A stretch of 28,360 bases of DNA from Fonticula alba ATCC 38817 (lineage: Eukaryota > Protista > Nucleariida), in the NCBI GenBank assembly GCA_000388065.2, contig KB932208.1. One strand, written 5' to 3'. A program made the position numbers and the translations under genes. Below are positions 8,862 through 20,800 of this stretch, piece by piece. The notes below the pieces were generated by a model. The model had not been told where the DNA came from, made no database searches, and saw nothing but the letters and a program-made list of their open reading frames with translations. Position 1 is the stretch's first letter; every line of letters begins with the position of its first letter.

Positions 8862-10991
8862 GGTCCCGCTCCCTCTGTCCCTCTCTTCGTATGCGCCTTG
8901 CGCGCCCTGTTTTCACATATATATATACACACACACATCATACACGAGCATGCTGAGATACCCCGTCCGCACCTATCCTTGCCTGCTGCCCACACACACA
9001 CACACACACACCTATGCCGGCTGTATCCGTTTGTATGTGTGTTTGCATTTGACTCGCTGTTGCGTGCGGGCGCGGGCGCCCTCCCTCTCCGGGCCTGTCG
9101 CCCCCTCCCCCCCCCCCCCCTTCGCCGCTGCTCCCACCGGAATACACCCCGGCTTGCTGATGCTCTGGCACCCGGCAGGAGAGACGAGGGGGCGGCCACG
9201 CCCGGCGCGCGAGGGCCATCAGGCTGGCAGCGATCGGCACCTGCCACCGGCTCTCTGCCGCGCCCATCCTGACGAGGGGGGGGGGGGGGGGAGAGAGAGA
9301 GAACATTCAGACGGGCGAAGGGCCAACTCTCTCCCGCGTCAAAGAGCACGCTCAGCCGCCGTCCGTCCTGCCGCCTGCACCGCGCCCGGCCCGGTGCAAC
9401 TCCCCGTCCCCCTGCCCGGCCTGTGTGTGTGTGTGTGTGCGCGCGCGCACAGCGCCATCGGGGGAAAAAAATGCCGCCACCTCAACAGACAAAAACACCC
9501 CGGCGAGATGGTGGGCAACTGCAAAAGGCTCACTTCTGCAAATACAGCATGCCGACATTGTAGCATAGGCTGCTACGGGCGCTTTGGAATGGCATTCGTG
9601 AGCATTCATAACGCGCCCCAGCACGGGGTTCCGACGATCATGCCGTCTGCTCTATTAGAACCATGTCCAAGCATTGGGAGTCGGTGAAGGTGGACGCCGG
9701 GCCGCGAGCTCGTTGTTCGGCCTCTCTCTCCCTGGCTCCCGCCCCTCGCGGGCACACTTGCGTCCCCCCGCCGGGCGCCGGCCCGGGCACATGCGCGCTT
9801 TGGCGCGCAGGGAAGAGCATGGGTGCCGGAGCGGGCGGAGAGAAAGGATGCACCGATGGCGGGGGCGGCGCGGGGCGGGGGCGCACACGGTGCCCAAGGA
9901 CCAACCGCCAAGGTGGCCGGGCGGAGCAGTCGGCAGATCGTGGGCACGCACACACACACACACAGACACGCGTGTCTGTGTGTGCGTGTGCCCCAGAAAC
10001 CATGGGGCGACCTGCCGAGAGGTCCCGGGCGGCTCTGGCGCCCAGCCCATATGCACACGGCCGCCCCTGTGGTCTTCCTCCGCCCCCCCCCCCGCGCGCC
10101 CGCTCGCCCGACAAACCGCAAGCCACGCGCCTAGATTGTCGCTGGGCTGCCTGTGGACCTTGCGCCCCGAACGGCATCCCTCCACCTGGGCCGGGGTCGC
10201 GTCAGTCGAGGCGACCCCCGCCTCCCCCCTCCCTCTCCACCTGACAAGAAACGCGCTGCTGGTTCGGCAAACGAGCATCCCTGCTCGGACACCGGTCCGC
10301 CATGACCGAGGAAACCAAGCCATCACGCCGTGCGGTGTATCGTAGCCGCGACCTGGCGCCAGGTGTTCATCGCACCGAAAAGAGTCCCCCGCCCTCGCGC
10401 GGCAGGGCCTCCTGCATGTTTGCCAAAACAATGCACCCGTCCCCCTCCCCCTTGCCATATCACCCCTTCCCCCCCTGCTCCCCTTTTCCCTTCGTCTCCC
10501 CGGGCGGACGCTGCATCCCTTCGCCACTGGCCCCTGCTCTCCCCCCCTCCCTCCCCCCCCTGGCCTACCTTTCCTGTGCACGCCTTTGTGTGAGCATCCA
10601 ATCACTGTCGCTCCGCCGCTCCTCGACCAGCATCCCACCCTCCTCTCCCTTCACAGCACCCCCTGCTGTTCCCCCGGGATCCGGGCCCTGTACGCGATCC
10701 AGCGCATCCCACACACCGACACCGACACCGACACCCACACAGACACAGATACTTGCTGTGTAGATGCACGCCCTTTCTAACCAGAGGCTCCTTCTGACCC
10801 TTTTCCTCTTTTCCATGCCCCCCCCCCCCCTCCCCCGTCCCTCCTACCCGCACGGCTCAGGACACCGGCCGCCGAGTGCGGCCATCTCCGCTTGCTGCTC
10901 CTCGCCCTCCGGGTATTTACTTGCACCCGCCCCTCCCTGCTTGCGCCCCCTCGGCAACCCCTTGCGCATCCCATTGTAGCCCGCCGGCGAC

Positions 10992-13900
10992 ATGGCGCTC
11001 TCACTGCGGTTCGTGCGCCTCCAGCGGGCACACGGGCGCCTGGGGCCATCCTTCGGCCCCGGAGGGGTTACCCCGGCCAGTGTGACCACCGCCGCCGGTG
11101 TCACCGCCTCTGCCGCCGCCGCCGCCGCCGGCAGCCACCGGCCCTACTCCTCGGCTTCGGACCGGAATCCATCCTCCGGCGCTCGGGTCTCGCCCTGGGT
11201 GGCCGGCGGTAAGCCCGGGCCGAAGCAATTCCCCTCGCGTTTCCCCAATGCCGGGCCTCCCCCGGCGGAGGGTGCGGCTGGTCGACCCATGCGGTCCTTT
11301 TCCTCGCCGCAGGGCTCCCCCCCGGAACCGCCGATGGCCGACACCTCCGGGCACAGACGCCCTCCTTGGCACTCGTCCCCCCCAAGACGGTCGAGGCCGC
11401 CAAAGCGGTCGTCCTCCCAGCCACCGATTCCGGAGAACTTCCGTCCAATCATCACTTTCACAAATCCCTCGCGCCCCGGGGACCAGGTCCTCCCCGGGCC
11501 GTCTTTCACTCGGCCGCTCGACGAAACCACCCAATACCGGAGCCGCGACAGTCCGATTGGCCTGCAGTATGACCCTCCGCGCTACCGATACACGATCCCG
11601 CCCGCCCCCCGATCTGGCTCCCCCTCGGGGCCAATGACCCTGAGCGAGGTCCCACCCGAAGCCCGGCGTGCCGTGCACCAGGCCATGGACGACATGAAGG
11701 CCTACCAGCAGGCCACCAGTCCGCACCACCGGGTTTTGAATTATTTGGAGGACACCCATCCGATGCTCATCAATGGCCAGAGTATCTACCGTGATGCGCA
11801 CCTCCCGCAGGCCTTTCGCCAGGCGGCCCTGCGAGCTGTGCCCAATCGCGCCAACCCGACGGCGCCCCTGGCCTTGGAGAACCTCACCCCGGCTCCGCTG
11901 CTGCCAAATGACATCGTCATCCCGCCGGAAGGGAGCCATATCAAGTATCTTCACCGTGGCCAGGCGGCCGCGGCGTCGGTGGCCCGGCTGCGCTTCTCCA
12001 ACCGCCTTGCCCATGGCTTGGGGTCGGATTTGCGGACGGCCTTCTTCGGGGCATCTCAGCCCGCGGCGACCGGGCATGCCGCCGGCACCCGGGGGGCCGC
12101 CCGGGCGGGCCCCTCCCCCACTGCCCTGGCCAACAATGCCCCCCCTGCTGCCAGGGTGAGCGCGCCTCCGCACCTGCCGCCGGCCCGGAAGGCCCGCTTG
12201 CGTGATCTTCCCCACACCCGGCGCGCGGCTCGGCCGCTGGCCCCCTTCATCCTGAGTCCGGCCTCCTGGGTCCGGCACTTGGACCGTGTGAGCAACCTGA
12301 CACCGGCCGGTAGGGCGCAATTGTTGCCGCCGCCCTCGATGCCCCTTCCGACGCCGCTGGCCCCGGGGCCGGCCACACACGGCGGCCAACGCCTGCCCCC
12401 GTTGACGCCCTTCGCCGATACGGCCACCACGCTGGCTGGCTTGCCCTTGCGACAGCGCTTGCGCGCGGCCACCTGGTCCGCCGTGGCCGCCACCACGGTG
12501 GCCCTGGTGTCGCCCTTCTCCCTGCCGCTGACCACGATGGCGGCAACGGCGGCGGCTCTGCTCTCGTCGACCGCCTCGCTGGCTCGCATGCATGATCCCC
12601 TGGTGCCCTCCCCGGCAAGCGGCTTCGGGCGTGACACGTCCCATGTCACGCTCAACAGCATCTGGCCGGCTCCGATGGCCGCCGGGGTGGGGGGGGGGGA
12701 TCCCTCCCTCGCGAATGTCCGCGGCATTGCCCCTGCCCAGGCCGCGTCCAGTGTCCCGGGCCGGCCCGGGCGCCGAGTCACCATGCAGGAAACCGACAAG
12801 CCGACCATGCGCTCGGACTTGCCCGCCCATGCGACCGCCCTGCTGGAATTGCTGGCTCCCTTCAATCGCCTGGTCCAATCGCCGGTCAGCGGGATCCGGA
12901 GCTCGGCCCGCTTTGACCGGTCCACCGGCCAGGCGTTGGTCTACCTGCCGCATGATCGCCACTTCGACTCGCTCCTGTCGCATGTCCCGGCCCCCTGGGA
13001 GTCGCGTCTGTCGCACAATGGTGCCTTGGTCACCCTGTCTGACACGCCGGGCCCAACGCAGGAGGCGGAATTGCTGCCGACCACGAGCGAACTGCCCCTC
13101 TTCAGCCGGGTGTCCCTTCCCTCGCGACTGTCGATGTCGGTCTCCTCATCGACTTTGTCCGCTGCATCTGGTGCGCTGGGGCTTGTCCGGGCCTTCGTTG
13201 GCGCCGCATCCTGTTGCCGGAGGCAGCCGTCTTTTTTCCCCCTCCCGATGCATCCATGTGCCTGTGCTGACTTTGTGTGTGTGTGTGTGTGTGTGTGTCT
13301 GCGTGTGTGCCCCTTTCCTGCCCCCTTTTCAGCCCTGGCCGCCATGGTTCGCCGGCTGGACCAGTCCCACTCGCTGGAGGAAATCAGCCTCTCGGCGAGC
13401 TCCCTTGGTACGGCGTGGAGCATGTGAATCTGCTGTTCTCTCTCTCTCTCTCCTCCCCCTGCCGGGAGAAGGAGGAGCCTGCCGCCCCTGGTCCCTGTCC
13501 CGGCCCCCTTCTAACACACACGCCGTTTGCCCTTCGACCCATGCGCGTACGCGCATCCACACGGCCACACGCGCACCATAGGCTGTCTTGAGGACTCGGA
13601 GGATGTCCTGGTGACGGCTCTCCTCCGGCACCGCATGTCAATGAAATCCCTCTCCCTGCAGGGTGCGCCCCACGACCACATTAGCACCGATATGCAGCCA
13701 CTTGGCAAAAAAAAAAAATTGCGCAGCCCAGCATCTGACACGCGTCCTACCCTGCTCTACTCGAGCAGATATTTCCCTTTCGCCGGAGGGATGCCGGCGG
13801 CTGCTTACCGTGGGCCAGCTTTTGTCCCTCCGCCTGTCCGGGAAGTCCTTCGAATCCTTCAGCTTCCCGGAGAATGATCGCCTGAGGCTGGACCAGCTGT

Positions 13901-16900
13901 CCCTTTCCGGTGCGTGCCCGGCCGGCCAGCAGCCGTGCATCGCTCATGTGCTGCCACACCATTGCGCCGCTCGGCCAGGCCGACTGACTTTTCCCCGGCC
14001 CTGGATTTGCCCCAACATGCTCAGCCTCGTCTGCGTCGCCGGAATTGGTCACGCGAAACCTGGACGCCCTGCCAGCCTCGATCAGTCGCCTCTCCTCTCT
14101 CTGTCTTGAAGGTGTGTTCGGCGGGGGTCTCGCCAGGAAAAAAATGTGTCACCTCCTTCCTTTTGTTGCTCTCCCCGGGCGGCATGTTTCTCGGCGCACC
14201 TTGACTTACACGCGGGCTGGCCCCTCCCCCACAGACCTGGACCTTACTCAGGCACGTCTGAGCATGCTCTTCTACGATTTGAAGCATGCCAACCTTCGGT
14301 CGCTGTCCATCAAGAGTGCGTTCTCCTGGGTGATGCTCCCGTCCGCCGGCTGGCCCGCTCGCTGGCCCGCTTGCTCCCATCGTTCCTTCCCCCTCACCTT
14401 TCGGCGCCCGCCTCTTGCGCGCACATATGCACCCAAAGACTGCTTCCTCGACAAGTCGGCAGTCAAGTCCCTGGCCAGTGGACTGTCGAGTGGCCGGGTC
14501 CCGGTGTCGATCTCCATCTCCTGCCCCACGTCGACGATATCCTCGCTGGATATGGCTCGCATTCTTCTGGCCCGGGTGCCTGCCATTCACAGCTGCTCCA
14601 TCCTGTGTGCGTGGGCTGCTCTTGCGATGCTCTTTCCTGCCCCCATCTTTCTCTCGCTCGCTCCCCCCCCCCCCCTCGTTCTACATCCATGTTGTCGCTT
14701 ACGCTCATGCTTTGCCCCCCCCCATCCTCCCCTCAGCCCACTCCTTGGGGGACATTCCCCACAACCAGGGGGACCTGAACGAAATTCTCACCATGCCCAG
14801 CAGCCTGGCCTTCCTGTCACTGAACTCGCCACACAGTGCGTCCGCAGGGTCTTCCTTTACTTGATTGGGGATGGGGGCCCTTTGCTTTCAAGCGGGCTCG
14901 CTTCCAGTGGAGAGAGAGAGAGAGGGGGGCGGGGGACCTTCATGTCTTCTACTTTCGGCAAAACACCCTCCCCCACTCACCAAACCCCCCTATTGTGTGT
15001 TTCTTCCGCTTGTGCGTGCGCGGCGGCACGCCCCCATAGACACACCCATCTGCTGGGCCCGGGATCAGAACCCCGCGCAGGTGTCCTTCGAGCATATGAT
15101 CCGCACCTCCGATCGGTGGTTTGATCAGTCGGCTTTGTCCGGCTCGCGAGACTCGCCGCGGTTCCTCTTCGCGCCGGGCCCCATTGGCCGGGCCTTCCAC
15201 GAGTGTCTCTTCACCGCGATGCGCCCCACCTCGAGCGATCCCTTCGCCATGCGGATGGACTTGGACGCGCAGCTGGCCTCCATTGATCAGGAGCTCGGGG
15301 CCAATGATGCCGAGAGCGATGGTACGTGGCTGCCTTCGCCTCCACACCCCCCCCCCCCCAGGGGTCCTTTTGCTCGGGACCTTCCCCCTGACGGGCAGGG
15401 CTGCCCTCCTGTCGACCGTCCGCCCTCTGACACATTGCTCTTCCTCCCTCTGCCGCCTAGCCCACGCCCGGCTGCGGGCGGTCCGCCGTGTGATCGAATC
15501 TCGCCGGAGCCTCCTCGAGTCGACGATCTATTCGGAGTGGTTCCGCGAGCGGCGCACGGCCACCTCGCTGCTGAGCAGTGTCTATCTGACGCTGGCCTGT
15601 CGGCCGTCGGGTCTCCGTGCTCTGACAGCCCAGCAGGTGCTGGCCCTGTTTGGGGACCTGGGCCTGAAGCTGCCAGCCACGCGCCTTCGGCAGATGGCCA
15701 CCCCGCCCGACAGCGCGGTCTGGTCATCGGTGTCCTCGCGTCGGCTGAGCGCCTTCCCGGAGAATGTGGCCTCCAGTTCGGATCTCTATATCAATGGGGA
15801 GCTCTTGGCCAATCTGTCGGTCACCGGGCTGGCTCTTCTGACCGGGCTACCGATCGAGGTGTGCCTCCTGTTTGCCCTGCGCCTGGTGCATGCGGCGGTG
15901 TCCGTGCCATCGGACTTGGCCATCCAGCTGTCTGAGCGCCATCCGCACGACCAGAAGCTCGACCAGCAGGCGGCCCTCCTTTCGGCCCTGCTGCCGCCTC
16001 ACCTGCAGTCCCGGTCGTGGCTGCCAGCAGCCGGGGTGTGTGGCGCCGATGTCAAACGCACCCGGCCCATTCCGCTGATGAACTTGGGTGCCGAGCAACT
16101 TAGGGATTGGCTGAGTGGGATTGGCGACCCGGCGGCCGCGGCGGCTCTCTTCCCCTCGAGCACGGCGATGGATGAGCAGGAGGAGGACCGCCAGGCGGAT
16201 GTTAGCCCGCTGCCGGCCCTGCGCCTGCTGGCCTACCAGTCGCTGCACTTTGACCGGCAGCATGTCGAGGAGCGCGAGCGCCAGGTGGCCCAACTGGGCG
16301 CCAGCCTTCGGGCGGCCTTCCCCGGGCAGGCGCGGTATACCCGCCTGCAGGTGGCGTCCACCATTTTGGAGGACAACCCCACGTCCGGGTCCCAGGAGCA
16401 GCACGTTGCGGAGGGCGATCGGTCGAAATTGGCCCTGCTGGCCTCGGTGACCGGGCTGCACCCGGCGACGGATGTTCTGGCCATGGAGGCCCTTTGGCCC
16501 GGCCGGACGGCCGGGCATGCACTGTCCTCCACTCAGCCGGAGCTCTTTGATACGGAGCCCCGGGTGGCCGAGGCCATCCGGATGGCTGTCGCGAGCGAGG
16601 TTCACCGGGGACAGCTGCCCGACTGGGTGGCCGGGTTCCCGATGATGGTCAAGCTTGGCGCCATCATCGATACTTACCGCACTGCGCTGGCTATCCCGCC
16701 CTTCCAGTACCTGAATCCCCGCGCACAGTTGGTGCATCGTCTTCCTCCGGACGACAATCCGGAGACCGACGACAACTCCAACGAGCCTGGGCCTGATGCG
16801 AGCCCCGCCGAGGCGCCCCCCCTCACCCCTGCCCAGGCAGCCCTGCTGCGCTTCGACCCGGAGGCCACTTCCAGCTCGTACACCTGGCTCGAGGCGTTAA

Positions 16901-16908
16901 CTGAGTAG
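10992..16908 (+). CDS. Hypothetical ~1546-aa protein: presequence-like N-terminus, Pro-rich region, hydrophobic segment, RNI-like leucine-rich repeats, C-terminal helical domain
   Basis: Exons 10992-13170, 13333-13407, 13582-13662, 13769-13909, 14025-14111, 14235-14315, 14439-14606, 14737-14835, 15040-15321 and 15461-16908 total 4641 nt in frame. All nine introns are GT-AG. LxxLxL motifs: SLEEISLS, SMKSLSLQG, QLLSLRLSG, RLDQLSLSG, RLSSLCLEG, NLRSLSIKNCFLDKSAVKSLASGL, SLAFLSLN. Codon third positions are strongly G/C in this frame where I checked (~12320-12790). Confidence 0.75.
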
Positions 16909-17245
16909 CCTCCTCCCCTCCTCTCCCCCTCCCCCACCATCCCCTCCGGGACTGCGCCGAAGGGAGGAGAAAGTGAGAGCGAGAGAACACCGCAGCCGAT
17001 CAGCCGGGTGCCCCCCCACCCACCCCCTGGCCTCCTTGCTGTATTCTGCCGTCCTTTCTCTCTCTCTCCCTCCCTCTCTGTCTTCCACACCCCCGAGCCC
17101 CTTTGGGGCCCTTTCTTCGCATCTCCCCGGATCAGTATCCCACTTTGTCCTTGTAGAACCTCCCCTCCCTCTCCCATCACCCTAGAGCCAGTGTATGGTG
17201 ACACCATGCGCCATAGGGCACGATGTCTCCCCCCCCCCCCCCCCC

Positions 17246-17529
17246 NNNNNNNNNNNNNNNNNNNNNNNNNNNNNNNNNNNNNNNNNNNNNNNNNNNNNNN
17301 NNNNNNNNNNNNNNNNNNNNNNNNNNNNNNNNNNNNNNNNNNNNNNNNNNNNNNNNNNNNNNNNNNNNNNNNNNNNNNNNNNNNNNNNNNNNNNNNNNNN
17401 NNNNNNNNNNNNNNNNNNNNNNNNNNNNNNNNNNNNNNNNNNNNNNNNNNNNNNNNNNNNNNNNNNNNNNNNNNNNNNNNNNNNNNNNNNNNNNNNNNNN
17501 NNNNNNNNNNNNNNNNNNNNNNNNNNNNN
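17246..17529. other. Assembly gap (284 N), flanked by C runs
   Basis: N stretch read directly. Confidence 0.99.
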
Positions 17530-17825
17530 CCCCGCCGCCACTCTCTGGTGCACCGGCGGCGCCGTGTCCCGCGGACCAGCCCACCCCCATTACACCATTG
17601 TGCGACCCCCTCCCTCCTTTCGATTCTCCAGGGGGGGGGGGGGGGAGTGATGTGTGTGTGTGTGTCTTTTTCTCCTCTCTGCGCGCACATCCCCCCTCTG
17701 CACTCCGGCGAGGAGAGAGCGACAGAGAGAGAGAGAGAGATCGGGGGAGAAAGAAACAGAGGGGGCGGGGGGAATGGGAGATATATGCCCACGCGGACTG
17801 GGACGTGCCACACCAGGCGCAGACA

Positions 17826-20800
17826 TCAGAAGATGTCGAAATCGTCGTCCAGGGGAGCGGCGCTCTTGGGCTTCTTGGCCTTGGAAGAAGTCTTCTTGGC
17901 CTTGGGAGGGGCCGCCGAAGAGGCAGGAGCCGCTGCCGCCGCCGCCGCCGCCGCAGGAGCAGGGGCAGCAGCGGACGTGGTCTTCTTTTTGCGGCTCGAA
18001 GAGGAGGTCACCTGCTTGGCCGGCGCGTCACCGAAGATATCCAGGATATCAGCATCGGCGACGGCGGCGGCCGGCTTCTTGGCGGGCTTCGCGGTCTCCT
18101 TGGCCGGGGCGTTGGCAGCGGGAGCCGCGGAGGAAGCCACGGGGGTGGATTTGGGTGCCGGAGAGGCGGCCGCGGCCGCCGGCTTGGCCGAGGAGGCGGC
18201 AGCAGCAGCAGCAGCAGCAGCGGCCGGCTTGGCCGGAGAGGCAGCAGCAGCAGCGGCGGCGGTGGTGGCGGCAGCGGCGGCCGGCTGCTTGGGGGCAGGC
18301 TTGGCCGCCGGCACGGTCTTCGTGGCAAAGAGCAGATCATCATCATCATCGCTGTCCGAGAGGGCCAGCACCTTGGCCGCCGGCTTCTTGGCCGCCGCAG
18401 TGGGGGCCACCGCAGCAGGCACCGGCGTGACAACCGGCAGGACGGCAGGGCTCGAGGCGACGGCCGCCGAAGTCCCGGACGAGGCGCCCGCCACGGCGGC
18501 CACATGCGACGGCAGGCGCCGGGCAGCCATGCGCGGCCGACCACGCGCCGCCGACTTGAGCACAGTCGGCGCGGCCGGCGGCGCGGCCGGGTTTGTCGAG
18601 GCACCGGTGCCGACGCTGGACGGGGCAGCTGCCATGTCGGCGGGGTCGGTGCTGCGGCTGCTGGACGAAACGGCACCAGGGCGCTTGGGCGGCATGCCCA
18701 TGCCCATGATGGGGATGGCGGCGGCATTGTCACCGAAGCGACTGGCCAGGAGGCTGCCAGCGCGCTTGGACGCCACACCGTCACTCGACGACGATGACCC
18801 GAACCCCCCATCTGAGGAGGAATGCCCGCTGTCCGAGACATTCCCGCCGGGCGGCGCCAGGGGATCCTCCTCGGAGGCGGGCTGGGCAGGCTTGCGTGGG
18901 CGTGGGGCAGGACCGCCCATGAAGATCGGCGGCTCCTTGCCGCCAAACAAGCCGGACACCAGCTTGTTCTTGGCCACGGCGCCGCCGGCCGCGGCCGGAG
19001 GAGGAGTGCCGGAGGCGGCCGCGGCCGGCTTGGCCGCCGGGACACTGACTGACGCCAGCTTGGAGAAGGGGTCATCGCTGTCCGAGTCCGAGTCCAGCAG
19101 GACCACACGCGAGGTGACCACGGGCTTGGCGGCAGCCGGGGGCGGAGTGGCCACCTTGGCCGCGGCCGACGGGGCCTTGCTAGAAGAGCCAAAGGCAAAG
19201 TCGTCCTCATCATCGGAGGAGAAAAGCCCGGAGGGCTTGGGCCTGGCTGCAACCGGGGCACTGGTGGCCGGCTGGGCGGCCTTCTTCGAGGCGGCCAGGA
19301 AGGGGTCATCGCTCTCGTCGCCACTGTCGGACAAAGTGAGGATGGCCGGGCTGCGAGCCGGAGCCGGAGCCGGAGTGGGGGTGGGGGCGGTCGCAGGCGC
19401 GGGCGCGGGCTCAGCCACCGGGACTGGGGCAGGTGCCGAGGCGGCGGGCTCCGGGGCGGTCACCTTCGCCGGGGCAGCCGAGGTCGGGGCAGATACCGGG
19501 GCGGGCTTCGCCGCAGACAGGATATCATCATCGTCATCGTCATCATCATCGTCGAACATGGAAATGGGGCGCCGGGCGGCGAAGGATGGCTTGGTGGCCG
19601 CCGCAGGAGCCGCCGCAGGAGCCGCCGCGGCCGCTGGCTTCAGCTTGCTGAAAATATCGTCATCCTCATCGTCATCATCGTCGTCGAAGAAGCTGATGGG
19701 TCTCCGGGCGGCCGGGGCCGCGGCCGCGGCGACAGGCGCGGTAGCCGGGGCCGCGGCAGCAGCCGGAGCCGCGGCAGGGGCCGGAGCCGAGGCAGAAGCA
19801 GCGGGAGCGGGCTCGGCAACAGGGGCCGCAGCGGGTGCGGGCGACTTCGCCGCAGCCGGGGCAGCGAAGAAGTCGTCATCGTCATCCTCCCCGTCGGAGA
19901 ACAGCAGGCCGATCTTCTTCTTGGCCGGGGCCGCAGCCGCGACCGTCGCAACAGGGGCCGCGGCCGCGGCAGCCGGAGTCGCAGTCTCGGTCGCCGCCGG
20001 GGCCGCGGCAGGGGGCGCGGCCGACTTCGGAGCGAAGAGGGACAGGTCGTCATCCTCACCGTCGGACCCATCGAACAGGCTCTTTTGGGCAGCGGGCACG
20101 GCCCGGGCCGCGGCGGCAGCGGTGGTCGTGGTCTTCTTCGGGGCAAACAGGTCGTCGTCATCGTCCTCATCATCGTAGTCAAAGAAGTTCTGACGGCAAA
20201 GTAGGAGACGAGGCGGGGCGGGACGGGGCGGGGCGGGGNNNNNNNNNNNNNNNNNNNNNNNNNNNNNNNNNNNNNNNNNNNNNNNNNNNNNNNNNNNNNN
20301 NNNNNNNNNNNNNNNNNNNNNNNNNNNNNNNNNNNNNNNNNNNNNNNNNNNNNNNNNNNNNNNNNNNNNNNNNNNNNNNNNNNNNNNNNNNNNNNNNNNN
20401 NNNNNNNNNNNNNNNNNNNNNNNNNNNNNNNNNNNNNNNNNNNNNNNNNNNNNNNNNNNNNNNNNNNNNNNNNNNNNNNNNNNNNNNNNNNNNNNNNNNN
20501 NNNNNNNNNNNNNNNNNNNNNNNNNNNNNNNNNNNNNNCGCACCGTCCCTGGGCCCTCCACGCAAGCGCAGAACAAGCACGTAACTCTTCGAGCGTCGGA
20601 GGATGTGTGTGGGCGGGGCGGGGCGGGGCGGGGTAGGGCGGGGCAGGGCAGGGCAGGGCGGGGCGGGGCAGGGCAGGGCAGGGCGGGGCAGGGCAGGGCG
20701 TTAGCGAGGAAGAGAGACCGAGAAGGGGACAGGCAGAGGGCCGCCGAAGGGGAGACAAAGCAACATACCCGGGAGAAGCGGGACTTGGCCGGAGCTGCGG

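Noticed and set aside
9480-9720. Lower-GC segment after the NDUFS5-like gene, considered as an ncRNA or small gene
   Set aside because: No snRNA, tRNA or snoRNA hallmark and no spliceable coding frame were found.
12156-12313. Possible intron (GTGAGC...ctgac...TAG) that would split the large gene
   Set aside because: It is 158 nt and would shift the frame into a reading that stops near 12597. The unspliced frame keeps a strong G/C third-position bias.
11001-13016. 671-aa - strand ORF and other long overlapping ORFs (e.g. 875-1900, 6746-7717, 12592-13581, 18008-19324, 27588-28268)
   Set aside because: These are shadow or alternate-frame ORFs of real genes. Stop codons are rare at this GC content and no motifs are recognisable.
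10992-16908. NLR/NACHT-type (NLRX1-like) or CARMIL identity for the LRR gene
   Set aside because: No Walker A GxxxxGK[ST] or NACHT motifs were seen, and no CPI motif or recognisable PH domain.
17008-20178. 1056-aa + strand ORF
   Set aside because: It is the antisense shadow of the WASHC2 last exon and is artificially extended through an N gap. The poly-Ser runs mirror the Asp runs.
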